64,000 nt of DNA from an uncultured delta proteobacterium. Lineage in GTDB: Bacteria; Desulfobacterota; Binatia; UBA9968. The stretch spans positions 96,001-160,000 of the forward strand of contig CAVYTU010000008.1 of assembly GCA_963771465.1 (NCBI GenBank), given 5' to 3'. Positions 18,788 to 30,990 of the stretch are shown here, piece after piece; position 1 is the first letter of the stretch, and each line of letters starts with the position of its first letter. The notes beneath the pieces were generated by a model, which saw nothing but the letters and a program-made list of their open reading frames with translations, searched no databases and was not told the origin of the DNA. The position numbers and the translations under genes were made by a program.

Positions 18788-19900
18788 ATGCATGATCACT
18801 CGAGCACTCAGTTTGCGGCGCAATGCAGTATATGCGGCACGATGCTTTCCGGCGCCTCGAGCGTGGTCTTTCGAATCTTTGGCATCCGCCGCAGCCCGCG
18901 CAATCCGAACATCTGCACCCGCTGCAGCACCCACGTCGAGGAAGGCCGGATGGTGGAAATCACCGTGCTCTTCGCCGACCTCTCATCATTCACAGAAATG
19001 ACGCAGGAACTGGGCGCAGAAAAAACCCACCAAGTGGTCGATGCCTTTTTGCGCATGGCCACCGACGTGTTGGTCAAGCATGGCGCGTTCATCGATAAAT
19101 ACGTCGGCGACGCGGTCATGGCGCTATTCAACGTACCGATTCGCTATGAAGATCACGCGCTACGCGCCGCCGAGGCGGCCAAGGAGCTGGCCTTGGCGCT
19201 AACGACACTCGGCGCACACTTTAGCCTTTCGCTAGAGGTTTCCACCGGCATCGCCACTGGCTTTGCCCACGTCGGCCGTCTTGGCTCCGATGACTCCAAA
19301 GACTACACGGCGATCGGCGACGTGGTAAATCTCGCGGCTCGCCTGCAAAGCAAAGCCGGCGCCGGCGAAGTGCTCATCAGCGAAGAAAGTTATCGAAAAC
19401 ATCCAGGTGATTTTCCCGGAGCGATATCCGAACAGGTGACACTCAAAGGTTTTCGCCAGCCGATAAATGCGTACCGGTTGAACAACCGCATTGCGGCTCG
19501 ATTGGTCAGCGACCCACCGGACTCGCTCGCCCAACACAGAACCAGCATCGGCGCCATTGTCTTCGGCATTCTCGGCGCACCTTGCGCGGTGGTCACGTTG
19601 ATCGGGCCGTTGGCGGTGGCTGTGGGTGCAGGCGGAGTTTTCGGCCTTGCGGGCGTGCTCACTTTCCTCGACCAAAGCGTCCTGCGCGTGCCGATTCTAA
19701 TCCTTACTAGCTTCGCCGCAATGGCAAACCTCTACACGCTCTGGCATGCGCGCAAACTGAGACTCGAAGCGAAGATTGCCGCGCCCATAAAAACCATGAC
19801 GACGTTGGAAAAACGGCGCACGACTTTCGTCCTCGCCGCCTCGCTGATAACGCTCGGCATCGTCGCTTTCGAAGTAGTCGCGCATTTCCTGTTGCACTGA
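18788..19900 (+). CDS. Class III adenylate cyclase with N-terminal Zn-ribbon and C-terminal membrane domain
   Basis: VLFADLSSFT, IDKYVGDAVMA, YTAIGDVVNLAARL, LKG; CSIC...CTRC at N-terminus; 3-4 hydrophobic helices at C-terminus. Confidence 0.88.
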   Translation: MHDHSSTQFAAQCSICGTMLSGASSVVFRIFGIRRSPRNPNICTRCSTHVEEGRMVEITVLFADLSSFTEMTQELGAEKTHQVVDAFLRMATDVLVKHGAFIDKYVGDAVMALFNVPIRYEDHALRAAEAAKELALALTTLGAHFSLSLEVSTGIATGFAHVGRLGSDDSKDYTAIGDVVNLAARLQSKAGAGEVLISEESYRKHPGDFPGAISEQVTLKGFRQPINAYRLNNRIAARLVSDPPDSLAQHRTSIGAIVFGILGAPCAVVTLIGPLAVAVGAGGVFGLAGVLTFLDQSVLRVPILILTSFAAMANLYTLWHARKLRLEAKIAAPIKTMTTLEKRRTTFVLAASLITLGIVAFEVVAHFLLH

Positions 19901-20007
19901 AATAGCGGTAAAGAATTCGGCTCGCCGAATACCACAGCGAAACGATCTAAAACAAATTTTGACCCGTGGCTAGAGAATAAGAAAAATTGAACGAATGGCC
20001 GGCGACG

Positions 20008-20301
20008 TTAGCTTTCTTCGCGCCGCAGCCGTCCGTCAATCACGAATGGGCCGAAGGGCAACAGCGCCGCGACAAAAATTAGCGCAGTCCGGCGCATCGG
20101 CCAGCGCCGTTCTCCATGGGCGACCAATAGAAACATGCAAAACGCGATGAAGAGCAGGCCATGAATCCAACCGGCAATCTTCACCGCCAGCGGTAAACCG
20201 GCAAAATATTTTAGCGGCATGGCCACGCCGAGAAGAAAGAGAAACGAAACCGCCTCGACCATTCCCGCCGCGCGCAGCCGCCCTATTGTCGTCGTCAGCA
20301 T
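20008..20301 (-). CDS. DUF3817 membrane protein
   Basis: EAVSFLFLLGVAMPLKY, GWIHG, PFGPF. Confidence 0.88.
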   Translation of the reverse strand: MLTTTIGRLRAAGMVEAVSFLFLLGVAMPLKYFAGLPLAVKIAGWIHGLLFIAFCMFLLVAHGERRWPMRRTALIFVAALLPFGPFVIDGRLRREES

Positions 20302-20319
20302 TGATTTACGCCGGCGGCC

Positions 20320-20724
20320 CTAATTCTCGCACGGCAAATCCGCCTCGTTGGTCTCAACGAAACTCACCCGGCTGCTCCAATGTCCATGCACCGCGGGTTT
20401 TCCCGGAGGGACGTCATCGAGCGTACCCGCCGGCACGATCGCGCGTGCGCCATCGCGCGACGCATGCGGGATCGGACAATTGCAGTTGCTGCAAATCTGC
20501 CGGGCGAAACTTTTTGCTTCCGGCAGATCGTAACGCTTGATTAGATTCTCGCCCTGGGTCCAGTGAAACTGCGCGATTGGAACGGCAATGTTGGTCGCAC
20601 GCACGCCGCCGGTCGCCTTGCGGCAACGCGAGCAGTAGCAGTGGCCAAAGCGCATGAACGGCGTGGTCACTTCATAACGCACCGATTTGCACAAACAACT
20701 TCCTTTTAACGTCTGCTCCGCCAT
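20320..20724 (-). CDS. GFA (Mss4-like, glutathione-dependent formaldehyde-activating) family protein
   Basis: GSCLCKSVRY, CYCSRCRK, CSNC. Confidence 0.9.
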   Translation of the reverse strand: MAEQTLKGSCLCKSVRYEVTTPFMRFGHCYCSRCRKATGGVRATNIAVPIAQFHWTQGENLIKRYDLPEAKSFARQICSNCNCPIPHASRDGARAIVPAGTLDDVPPGKPAVHGHWSSRVSFVETNEADLPCEN

Positions 20725-20914
20725 CGACTTTACCTCCGTTCTTGAAATAAATCGGCTCGCGGTCGAGTTTTCGGATCGAACGTAGCTTTACTCGCAGCGG
20801 AGTTTATTGTGATTCGGCAAGCTTGGCAAGATCAGATGATCGACACGTTTAGGGCGCAGCGCTGAAGCGAACCGAGATTCGAACAGAGTCATGAGGTTTG
20901 TGTTGTATCGACTT

Positions 20915-21370
20915 TCAATCGCGATTGTCGGGACGATTTTTAGCAGCTGCCTGTTCCAGTTCGGTCAGACGGCGCCGCAGTTCGCGCTCTTCCTGCCATC
21001 GTTGGGTCTCGTCGCGCACGATCGCGACGATCGAATCGACGCGGCCCGCGGAACTGAGAAGCGCTACCGTGAAAGCGATGGACAATGGCCGACCATCTTT
21101 ATGCAAGGCCGGCACGCGTAGAACGTCGGCGCCGTATTTGCTTCGGCCCGACTTTGCGACTTCACGAAAACCTTGCCAATGGCGCTCGCGAAAGCGCTCG
21201 GGAATGATCAGATCCAGCGACTTCCCAAGCACTTCATCGCCGGAATAACCGAATATTCGCTCCGCTGCCAGGTTCCACAACGTGATCTTACCGTCCGTGC
21301 CGACCGCGATGACCGCATCCCCGGCAACTTGGACAAATCTTTCGAAATCAATGGCGCTGAACATATTCAT
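20915..21370 (-). CDS. Stand-alone PAS domain protein
   Basis: WNLAAERIFGYS.DEVLGKSLDLIIPERFRERHW, VPALHKDG, IVRD followed by a coiled-coil tail. Confidence 0.88.
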   Translation of the reverse strand: MNMFSAIDFERFVQVAGDAVIAVGTDGKITLWNLAAERIFGYSGDEVLGKSLDLIIPERFRERHWQGFREVAKSGRSKYGADVLRVPALHKDGRPLSIAFTVALLSSAGRVDSIVAIVRDETQRWQEERELRRRLTELEQAAAKNRPDNRD

Positions 21371-21616
21371 ATTTTCTTTCTCGAGTGCGCACGGTAAGCG
21401 AAATCCCAACGATCGTTATTGTCATGGCCGTATCATCGAATTCATCGCATTTTATGGCCGGGCGCCGACGTTAGCAAGAATCTCTACCGTTTCAATTTCA
21501 TGTTGATTGTTTCCTATAGATGATAGTAGCTTTTATCCTTCAACGAACGAATTTATCCGACAATCTTTTTCGCCCCACGAGAATGCAACTTTTTGCTTTG
21601 TTTAAGGGTTTTCATG

Positions 21617-21631
21617 TGGCACGCCCTTTGC
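21617..21631 (+). promoter_or_regulatory. sigma54 (-24/-12) promoter
   Basis: TGGCACG-ccct-TTGC consensus match, preceded by AT-rich DNA, 70 nt upstream of the LapA-like gene. Confidence 0.75.
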
Positions 21632-21700
21632 CATATTACTCATTAGTACGATTTACGATTGGTAATTTAGACTGAGCGGAACAAAAAGGAGGAATTGCTT

Positions 21701-22051
21701 ATGCTATCGATTTTATTAGCCGTCATTTTCGGATTAGGGGTCGGTTATTTTGCCACCGAAAATACCACGCCGATCGCGCTTCGATTTGGTGATTTCGTCG
21801 TCGAAAACGTTCCTTTGTATTTGGTTGCGGTTGGATCGATGCTCGCTGGTCTGGTCATCGCGTGGATTTTTTATCTGACCCGTCACGTTGCCGGGTCGAT
21901 GACGATGGCCGGCAAAGCCCGCGATACTAGCACGATCGAACGGAACATGGCCGATCTGAACTACCGAGTGCGTGAGCTCGAAGCCGGATATGCTAACCCA
22001 AAACTGGAACCAAGGCTGGAACGCCCCTCGGATTCGAGACTGGCAAGTTGA
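21701..22051 (+). CDS. LapA/DUF1049-like membrane protein
   Basis: AGGAGG RBS; TM-FATEN-...-VPLYLV TM-coiled coil. Confidence 0.75.
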   Translation: MLSILLAVIFGLGVGYFATENTTPIALRFGDFVVENVPLYLVAVGSMLAGLVIAWIFYLTRHVAGSMTMAGKARDTSTIERNMADLNYRVRELEAGYANPKLEPRLERPSDSRLAS

Positions 22052-22076
22052 AAGCTCGTGAACAAATAACAGGTCC

Positions 22077-22111
22077 TCTGACTCCGCGGCGCCACGTGTC
22101 GCGGAGTCAGA
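22077..22111. terminator. Strong stem-loop between convergent genes
   Basis: tctgactccgcg / cgcggagtcaga perfect 12-bp stem; no canonical downstream U-tract. Confidence 0.5.
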
Positions 22112-22296
22112 AAAACCAATGGGGGACGGCGGCAAATTATCCGTTAACACGCCGCTGTGCTGTGCGTTTTTCGAGTTCATACCTCCTGCGACACCCACGA
22201 GGCACTTCCGCTGATACGACAGGCGCAGCTCTGATGTACGTACGAATGTAAGCGTTTTGCTTCCACTAGCGTGAAAGATACAGACACAGACAGCAA

Positions 22297-23031
22297 TCAC
22301 CCAACCGGTTGTTGCGCTATAGCGGCCGTAAGCTCTTTTTCGTTTGTCAGATCGATACTGAGGGGCGTCATTGAAACGTAACCCTGCTCGATAGCCCAAC
22401 GGTCGGTGCCCTTTTCGGTCCCCTCGATCGGGACCACGCTGAACCAAAAATGTTTGCGACCCATCGGATCCTGGCCGGGAAAAACCTTACCGTCATAGTG
22501 TCGCACTGACTGGCGCGTCCAACGGATCCCTTTCGGCACTTGCTCGGGAAAGTTGACGTTGACCAGCGCCAATGGCGGGTCTTTGAAAAGTGTCTGCAGA
22601 ACCTTCTCCACCGAAGGTTTTAGAATTTCGAAATCCGGTTCCTCCTGGGTTGCCGGCATGCTCAAAGCTATGCCGCGCAAACCCAGCAGGGTCGCTTGTT
22701 TTGCCGCTGCGACCGTTCCTGAGTGCCAAATGGCATTTCCTAAATTGCCGCCCAAATTAATGCCGGAGAGCACCACGTCGACGTTTTCCCAATTGTGAAC
22801 GCCGAGCACAACGCAATCCGCCGGCGTGCCGTTCACGCGAAAGGCTTCGAAGTCTTTGATCGGCGTACGCTTGTAGGTCAGCGGGCGCCATCCCGTGATG
22901 GAATGTCCCGCCGAGGACTGCTCGACATCGGGCGCGACAATGCGTACCACGCCAAATCTCGCCGCCACTTCGGCAAGCGCTAAAATTCCCGGGCTGTAGA
23001 TACCGTCGTCGTTGGCTATTAGAATGTGCAT
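22297..23031 (-). CDS. surE: 5'/3'-nucleotidase SurE
   Basis: ILIANDDG, VAPDVEQS, GTPADCV, SGINLGGNLG, SGTVAAA. Confidence 0.93.
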   Translation of the reverse strand: MHILIANDDGIYSPGILALAEVAARFGVVRIVAPDVEQSSAGHSITGWRPLTYKRTPIKDFEAFRVNGTPADCVVLGVHNWENVDVVLSGINLGGNLGNAIWHSGTVAAAKQATLLGLRGIALSMPATQEEPDFEILKPSVEKVLQTLFKDPPLALVNVNFPEQVPKGIRWTRQSVRHYDGKVFPGQDPMGRKHFWFSVVPIEGTEKGTDRWAIEQGYVSMTPLSIDLTNEKELTAAIAQQPVG

Positions 23032-23130
23032 TAGGACATCGCCTCCTCCAGCAAAAGGTTGGTGATGATGGCTTCAAGCGGACATATAACCAGTATTTCA
23101 CATTTAATCACTCAATCTACCCGTGAAAAC

Positions 23131-24048
23131 ATGAAAATTATCCTCATTCACAATCCAGACGCGGGCGGCGACAACCAGCCCACCGGCGACCAGATTTTGC
23201 ATCTCATTCGCCGCGCCGGCCACTCGGCAACTTGTCAGACGTCGACAGCGCTCGACTGGGAGAAAGCGCTCGATGAATCGGCTGATATTATCGCGGTGTC
23301 CGGTGGCGACGGAACTGTCGGCAAAGTCGCCAAGCGCATGATCGGCAAACCGACTCCGCTCGCGGTTTTGCCCATGGGGACGGCCAATAATATTGCCACA
23401 GCGCTCGGCTTGGCGAAGCGGCCGCTCGATCAATTGGTCGCAGGATGGGATAGCGCGCGCCGCATGAAATTTGACGTCGGCGCCGCAAGCGGTCCGTGGG
23501 GTTCGAGATACTTCGTCGAAGGGTTGGGTTTGGGACTTTTCACCGAGACTATGATGCGGCTCGACGCGCGGAAAAACGTCGACATCGCGCACCATAAAGT
23601 CACGGAAAAGAAACTCACGTCCGTGTTGGAGTTCATGCACATTCGCCTGGACGGCTGCGTCCCGATGCCGTTGAAGCTGAAGCTCGACGAGCGAGACTTA
23701 TCCGGTGAATATGTTTTGGTCGAAGCGATGAATATTCGCTCCATCGGGCCGAATCTCTGTCTCGCGTCCGATGCGGACCCCAGCGACGGTTTGCTCGACG
23801 TGGTCTTAGTCTCCAATGACGAGCGAGAACGGCTGAAGCGATATTTATCAGACCGCCTCGAAGGCAAGGCCGAATGTGCAGCACTTAACGTTCAAAAGGG
23901 CCGTCACTTGCACATCGAATGCGAACATTTTCCGATCCATATAGACGACGACGTACAGAAGAAAAGCGGTCCGCCCACTCACTTCTCTTCAGCCGTCGTC
24001 GATGTCACGCTCGAAGCCGCAGCGTTAGAATTCCTCACACCGGCTTGA
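23131..24048 (+). CDS. Diacylglycerol/lipid kinase family protein
   Basis: HNPDAG, GGDGTV, LPMGTANNIA, DPSDGLLD. Confidence 0.9.
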   Translation: MKIILIHNPDAGGDNQPTGDQILHLIRRAGHSATCQTSTALDWEKALDESADIIAVSGGDGTVGKVAKRMIGKPTPLAVLPMGTANNIATALGLAKRPLDQLVAGWDSARRMKFDVGAASGPWGSRYFVEGLGLGLFTETMMRLDARKNVDIAHHKVTEKKLTSVLEFMHIRLDGCVPMPLKLKLDERDLSGEYVLVEAMNIRSIGPNLCLASDADPSDGLLDVVLVSNDERERLKRYLSDRLEGKAECAALNVQKGRHLHIECEHFPIHIDDDVQKKSGPPTHFSSAVVDVTLEAAALEFLTPA

Positions 24049-24151
24049 AATGGGATCCCGGCGCGGCGGCGCGAGATGTCGGCAGGCGACCGCGGATAGT
24101 TTTAAATCATGCAATCGTGGAGATACCCCACTTAACCGAGTTCAATCGTTG

Positions 24152-24559
24152 TCAGCAGGATTGTTTGTTACCCACCAGATAGACCCGCCACGGCGTCCAG
24201 TAGTACCGTTCCCAACCATGACTAACGCCCGCGAAGTCTTCGTCGGCGACGTTGATGTGAACGAGCTCGATACGCCCGCCATCTTCCGCCGGCCAGAAAG
24301 AAAGCGTCAAAACCGAGTCCATCGCCGTAAGCGGCCAGTTCGCCGAACGCCAGGTTTGCACGATCAACCGCTTCGGCTCGACGTGAAGAATCTTGCCGGA
24401 AAGCCTGCCATCGAAGGCCTGAAACCTTCCGCCGGCGTGTGGCTCGATGGTCACGGGCAACCCGGTAAACGCCGCGTGCGTCGCCGCATCGAGATACATG
24501 TCGAAGAGCTTTTCCGGCGACGCGGGTAGCGACGCGGCTATGATTATATTGCGTGGCAT
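24152..24559 (-). CDS. SRPBCC/AHSA1 (START-like) domain protein
   Basis: ASPEKLFDMYLD, GGRFQAFDG, IVQTWR, GWERYYW. Confidence 0.88.
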   Translation of the reverse strand: MPRNIIIAASLPASPEKLFDMYLDAATHAAFTGLPVTIEPHAGGRFQAFDGRLSGKILHVEPKRLIVQTWRSANWPLTAMDSVLTLSFWPAEDGGRIELVHINVADEDFAGVSHGWERYYWTPWRVYLVGNKQSC

Positions 24560-24596
24560 AGCTCAATGCTCCTTTTAAATGCTCATGACCGGCGCT

Positions 24597-25052
24597 CTAC
24601 TTGACCTCTATGGAAACTTCGATAGTCGGGCCTCTGACGACAAACTTGGACTTCTCCCATTTCGGCGGTCCCAAAGCTACTCTCATATTATTTGAAAACC
24701 CGTATGCCTCTTGCGGTATCCCCAAGAAATTTTTATCCATCTTGCCGTTTTTGTTTTCGTCATGAAGTACCGCAATGCCATAATCTCCGTACGGAACGTC
24801 GTTAATTTTCCATACGACGGCCTGACCCTCGACATCGATCGTTGATTTATAGACCGGATGATCGCCAAGCCAAGTCTCGGACGAATTGAATACGGCGATT
24901 TTCACCTGACCTTTTTCAGAGTGAAGTCCAGTGATTTTTACAATCACCGTAGCTCGCCCACTCGGTTGCGCGAAAACTCGCGGAGAAAAACCGAGGCCGA
25001 CGGAAAGTAGTAAAATAATGTACGTAAATGTTTTTCTAGTTTTCGGGGACAT
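24597..25052 (-). CDS. DUF2141 family exported protein
   Basis: Signal peptide; GDYGIAVLHDENKNGKMDKNFLGIPQEAYGFSNN. Confidence 0.88.
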   Translation of the reverse strand: MSPKTRKTFTYIILLLSVGLGFSPRVFAQPSGRATVIVKITGLHSEKGQVKIAVFNSSETWLGDHPVYKSTIDVEGQAVVWKINDVPYGDYGIAVLHDENKNGKMDKNFLGIPQEAYGFSNNMRVALGPPKWEKSKFVVRGPTIEVSIEVK

Positions 25053-25243
25053 AGTGCTAAATTCGTCGGCAACGTCAGCTTGGAATTTTGAATGGTATGC
25101 GGTCTCGTTCCTGAGCAACTCCGAAAATATTCGCTTGGCAATTTCGTGACCCTTGCTCAACTTTCGATCAGATTCTATGGCTAGTCGCTAAATGGCGCAA
25201 CAAGCGTTGCGTTCCCGCGGCGTGCCCCGAACGTCGCCTCTGG

Positions 25244-25650
25244 ATGCCGCTCGGCTTGCGCTCGCTGGCAGCCGATGAGACGAGTTACGTCGCGCGCTTT
25301 CAAGTCGGCGGGCATGAGCGCGACGGCGCTTATCATCAAGGCATCGTCTGGCCGTGGCTCATCGGTCCTTTCGTCGAAGCCTGGCTACGCGTCAATGGCG
25401 ACAACGCAGCGACCCGGCGAAGCGGACATGCGCGATTCGTCGCGCCACTCTTGGAACATTTGCAGCACGCCGGTCTTGGCCACGTCTCTGAGATCACCGA
25501 TGCCGAGGCGCCGCACACACCGCCGGGCTGCCCATTTCAGGCTTGGTCGCTGCGAAATTGCTGCGTCTCGACCGTATCGTGCTGGCTGAACATGAAACAG
25601 AATTTTTCGCACCGCCTCGCCTCCAGTTACATCTAAACCAGCGCTCATGA
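25244..25650 (+). pseudogene. C-terminal remnant of amylo-alpha-1,6-glucosidase (glycogen debranching enzyme)
   Basis: PLGLRSLA, RDGAYHQGIVWPWLIGPF, HVSEI, GCPFQAWS; the rest of the enzyme is absent; tail LLRLDRIVL is in another frame after ~25552. Confidence 0.8.
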
Positions 25651-25804
25651 AAAAGGAGCATCTAACGCGTCGAGTGCCGTCCCGGCTAACGGCTGGAACG
25701 ATTGGAAGATTTTAAACGGCTGGAACATTAAGCGAGGTCAGCCAACTTATATAGGATATGTTAATATTGCCGATAGGAAGAGCGCACGCACGCGGAAGAA
25801 GACC

Positions 25805-28444
<2,640 letters not shown>

Positions 28445-28546
28445 AAACGATTGCCTCCCATCGGTCATCCGTTATAGATTCTGCCGACGAATCGAATCGA
28501 TCAAATCTCTTAGTCTGGCAGGTGGCAGTCGAGTAGGGACATCCCG

Positions 28547-29233
28547 ATGCCGGCACAAATTCACATTCTCAGCGCCGGCGCGGTTCAACCGGGGCTGAGC
28601 AAAGTCATCGAAATTTTTCGCCACGAGAGCGGCGACGAAGTGATCGTCAGCTTCGCCACCGCGCCGGCGATTGCCAAGCGAATTGCCGCAGGCGAAGTAT
28701 TCGACATCGCGATCACACCGCAGCAGGTGATCGAAGAATTGGCCACACAGGAGAAAATTGCGTCGGACAATCGTACGATGCTCGGCCGCATCGGTGTGGG
28801 CGTCATGATCCGCACCGGCGCGCCGTTGCCGAACATAGCGACCGTCGAGGCGCTCAAAGCCGCGCTGATCAGCGCTGACTCGCTAGTCTTCAACCAAGCG
28901 TCCACAGGACTCTATCTAGAAAATCTATTCGATCAGCTTGGCATCGCCGGGCAGGTAAAAAACAAAACGACCCGCTATCCGGACTTCTCCGCCGTGTTAG
29001 ATCACGTTACTAGAGGTCATGGCATCGAAATCGCTTTCGGCGCGACGACAGTGATCATCGAGAACGCCAGCAAGGGCGTGCGCTTCGTCGGGCCACTGCC
29101 GGCGGCAATCCAGAACTATACGGGTTACACCGCAGCGGCGACCACAAATGCCAGCGAGGCAGCGCGCACATTGCTCCGCTATTTTGCGGCACCGGCAGCG
29201 AAGGCGATCTTCACGGCGGCCGGCATCGAATGA
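28547..29233 (+). CDS. ModA-like substrate-binding domain protein
   Basis: ILSAGAV, GRIGVGV, STGLYL..LFDQLGI, VGPLPAAIQNYTGY; no obvious signal peptide. Confidence 0.82.
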   Translation: MPAQIHILSAGAVQPGLSKVIEIFRHESGDEVIVSFATAPAIAKRIAAGEVFDIAITPQQVIEELATQEKIASDNRTMLGRIGVGVMIRTGAPLPNIATVEALKAALISADSLVFNQASTGLYLENLFDQLGIAGQVKNKTTRYPDFSAVLDHVTRGHGIEIAFGATTVIIENASKGVRFVGPLPAAIQNYTGYTAAATTNASEAARTLLRYFAAPAAKAIFTAAGIE

Positions 29234-29260
29234 ATCAACGAACGGACGAAAGGGAAACTT

Positions 29261-30302
29261 ATGAAACGAATGACCTCGCTTTTATCTTTTCTCTTTGCTC
29301 TGACTTTCTTCTCCGCCAGCGCACACGCGACTACCCATGATTTTTTCAAAGGCAAATCTGTGCGGATTGTGGTCGGGACCTCGGCGGGCGGAGCAAATGA
29401 CGATTGGGCTCGCTTTATTGCCCTATATCTTGGCAAGCATATTCCGGGGAATCCCACCATCGTGGTGCAAAACATGCCGGGTGCGGGCACGATGATTGCC
29501 GCCAATCATATTTACAATATTGCCAAGCCTGACGGGTTGACTCTCGGACTAGTCAATCCGGGCATCTACATCGATCAACTCCTACGCGCCACGGAAGTAA
29601 GATTCGACTGGGCCAAATTTTCCTTTATCGGCTCGCCGGAACGGTACGATCAGGTTCTGTTCATCCGCGCGGACGGCCCCTACAAAACATTGGAAGATAT
29701 TCGAAAGGCGGCCGAGCCGCCTAGGTGCGCGGCTCAAGCGCGAACCACCCTGAGTTATTTTTTTCCGAAACTAATTGAGGAAGGGCTCGGGCTCAAGGTT
29801 AATCTTGTCGCCGGCTACGGTGGCGGTGGTGAAATGAACTTGGCGATCGAGAAAGGCGAGGTGCATTGCCGCTCTGGAACCGTATCGGCGTATGTTAGCC
29901 GTGAACCGACCCGTACTTGGATCAAGTCGGGTTTCGTCCGGGCCCTGGTTCAAAGTGGCGCGACTCGGTACCCAAAGTTGCCCGAGACCCCAACCATCTA
30001 TGAATTATTGGATTCCTATAAGGCATCCGATACCGCCAAGCGATTAACTAAGGTGATGCTTTCCTCCGCCGATCTCGGTCGGCCATTCTTCGCTCCGCCG
30101 GGAACGCCCGCGGAGCGCGTCAAAGTTTTGCGTTCGGCGTTTGCCAAAACGATGACCGACCCCGAGCTTTTAGCCGAAGCCAAAAAACGCAACTGGGACA
30201 TCGATCTCACCGAGCGGCGAAGACTTAGAAAAACTCGCGAAAGAAATCATGATCCAGCCGCCGGAGGTGATCGAGAGGGTGAAGAAGTTGTTGGGGAGCT
30301 GA
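29261..30302 (+). CDS. TctC/Bug-family binding protein, apparent 1-nt insertion near C-terminus
   Basis: FFKGKSVRIVVGTSAGG, IPGNPTIVVQNMPGAG, KPDGLT, RPFFAPPGTP; expected tail SGEDLEKLAKEIMIQPPEVIERVKKLLGS* is in another frame after ~30211. Confidence 0.85.
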
Positions 30303-30407
30303 TCAGTCCTTTTATTTTCACTAGCCGCCTCATCCTGCCCGCCCATCAAAACGACCCATTGTTTGGACGGCTTGACTCAACCCTATGGCTAGACTCGCCT
30401 TTTCAGC

Positions 30408-30647
30408 ATGAATACACTGCTTGATGAAATACAAACCAAAGCGAGCCAACTCTCCCCTGAGGAACGAGCGGATTTAGCTTTGCAGCTGATTCAGTCTCTT
30501 GACGCCGAGAAGGCCGCATCAGTCCAAGATTGGCAAGCCGCTTGGCTCGCGGAATGCACGCGGCGTCTACAGCGTTTCGAAGCCGGCGAAGACCCGGGAG
30601 TCCCACTCGAAGACGTCCTAAAGAGCGCTCGATCACGACTTCGGTGA
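30408..30647 (+). CDS. Putative addiction module antitoxin (TIGR02574-like)
   Basis: LSPEERADLALQLIQSLD...AWLAECTRR...GVPLEDV; stop overlaps the toxin GTG (GTGA). Confidence 0.85.
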   Translation: MNTLLDEIQTKASQLSPEERADLALQLIQSLDAEKAASVQDWQAAWLAECTRRLQRFEAGEDPGVPLEDVLKSARSRLR

Positions 30648-30946
30648 AGCCGGTCAACTTATCCACGGAAGCCAGCGAAGAATTCGTTGAAACCGTGGCG
30701 TTTTATGAACGGCGGCGAATCGGACTTGGCGCCGCGTTCATGGTCGAATTTGAAAGAAGTGTAGAGCTGATCCAGCAGTATCCGGACTCGGGCCGCCCGA
30801 TGGGTAGAAGTTTTCGCCGCGTATAAACTAATCGGTTCCCTTATGCGGTAATCTATGTTGAGCGAGATGCGGATTATTTTGTCATTGCCGTCGCGCACAC
30901 AAGCCGACGCCCAGGCTACTGGAAAGATAGGTTAGCTGAAGGCTAA
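30644..30946 (+). pseudogene. RelE/ParE family toxin interrupted by in-frame TAA
   Basis: [58 protein letters not shown]; stop at 30824-30826. Confidence 0.85.
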
Positions 30947-30990
30947 TAGTGAATGTGGGAGTGCGATTTTCGTCCTCGCAGGGTTCCCTC

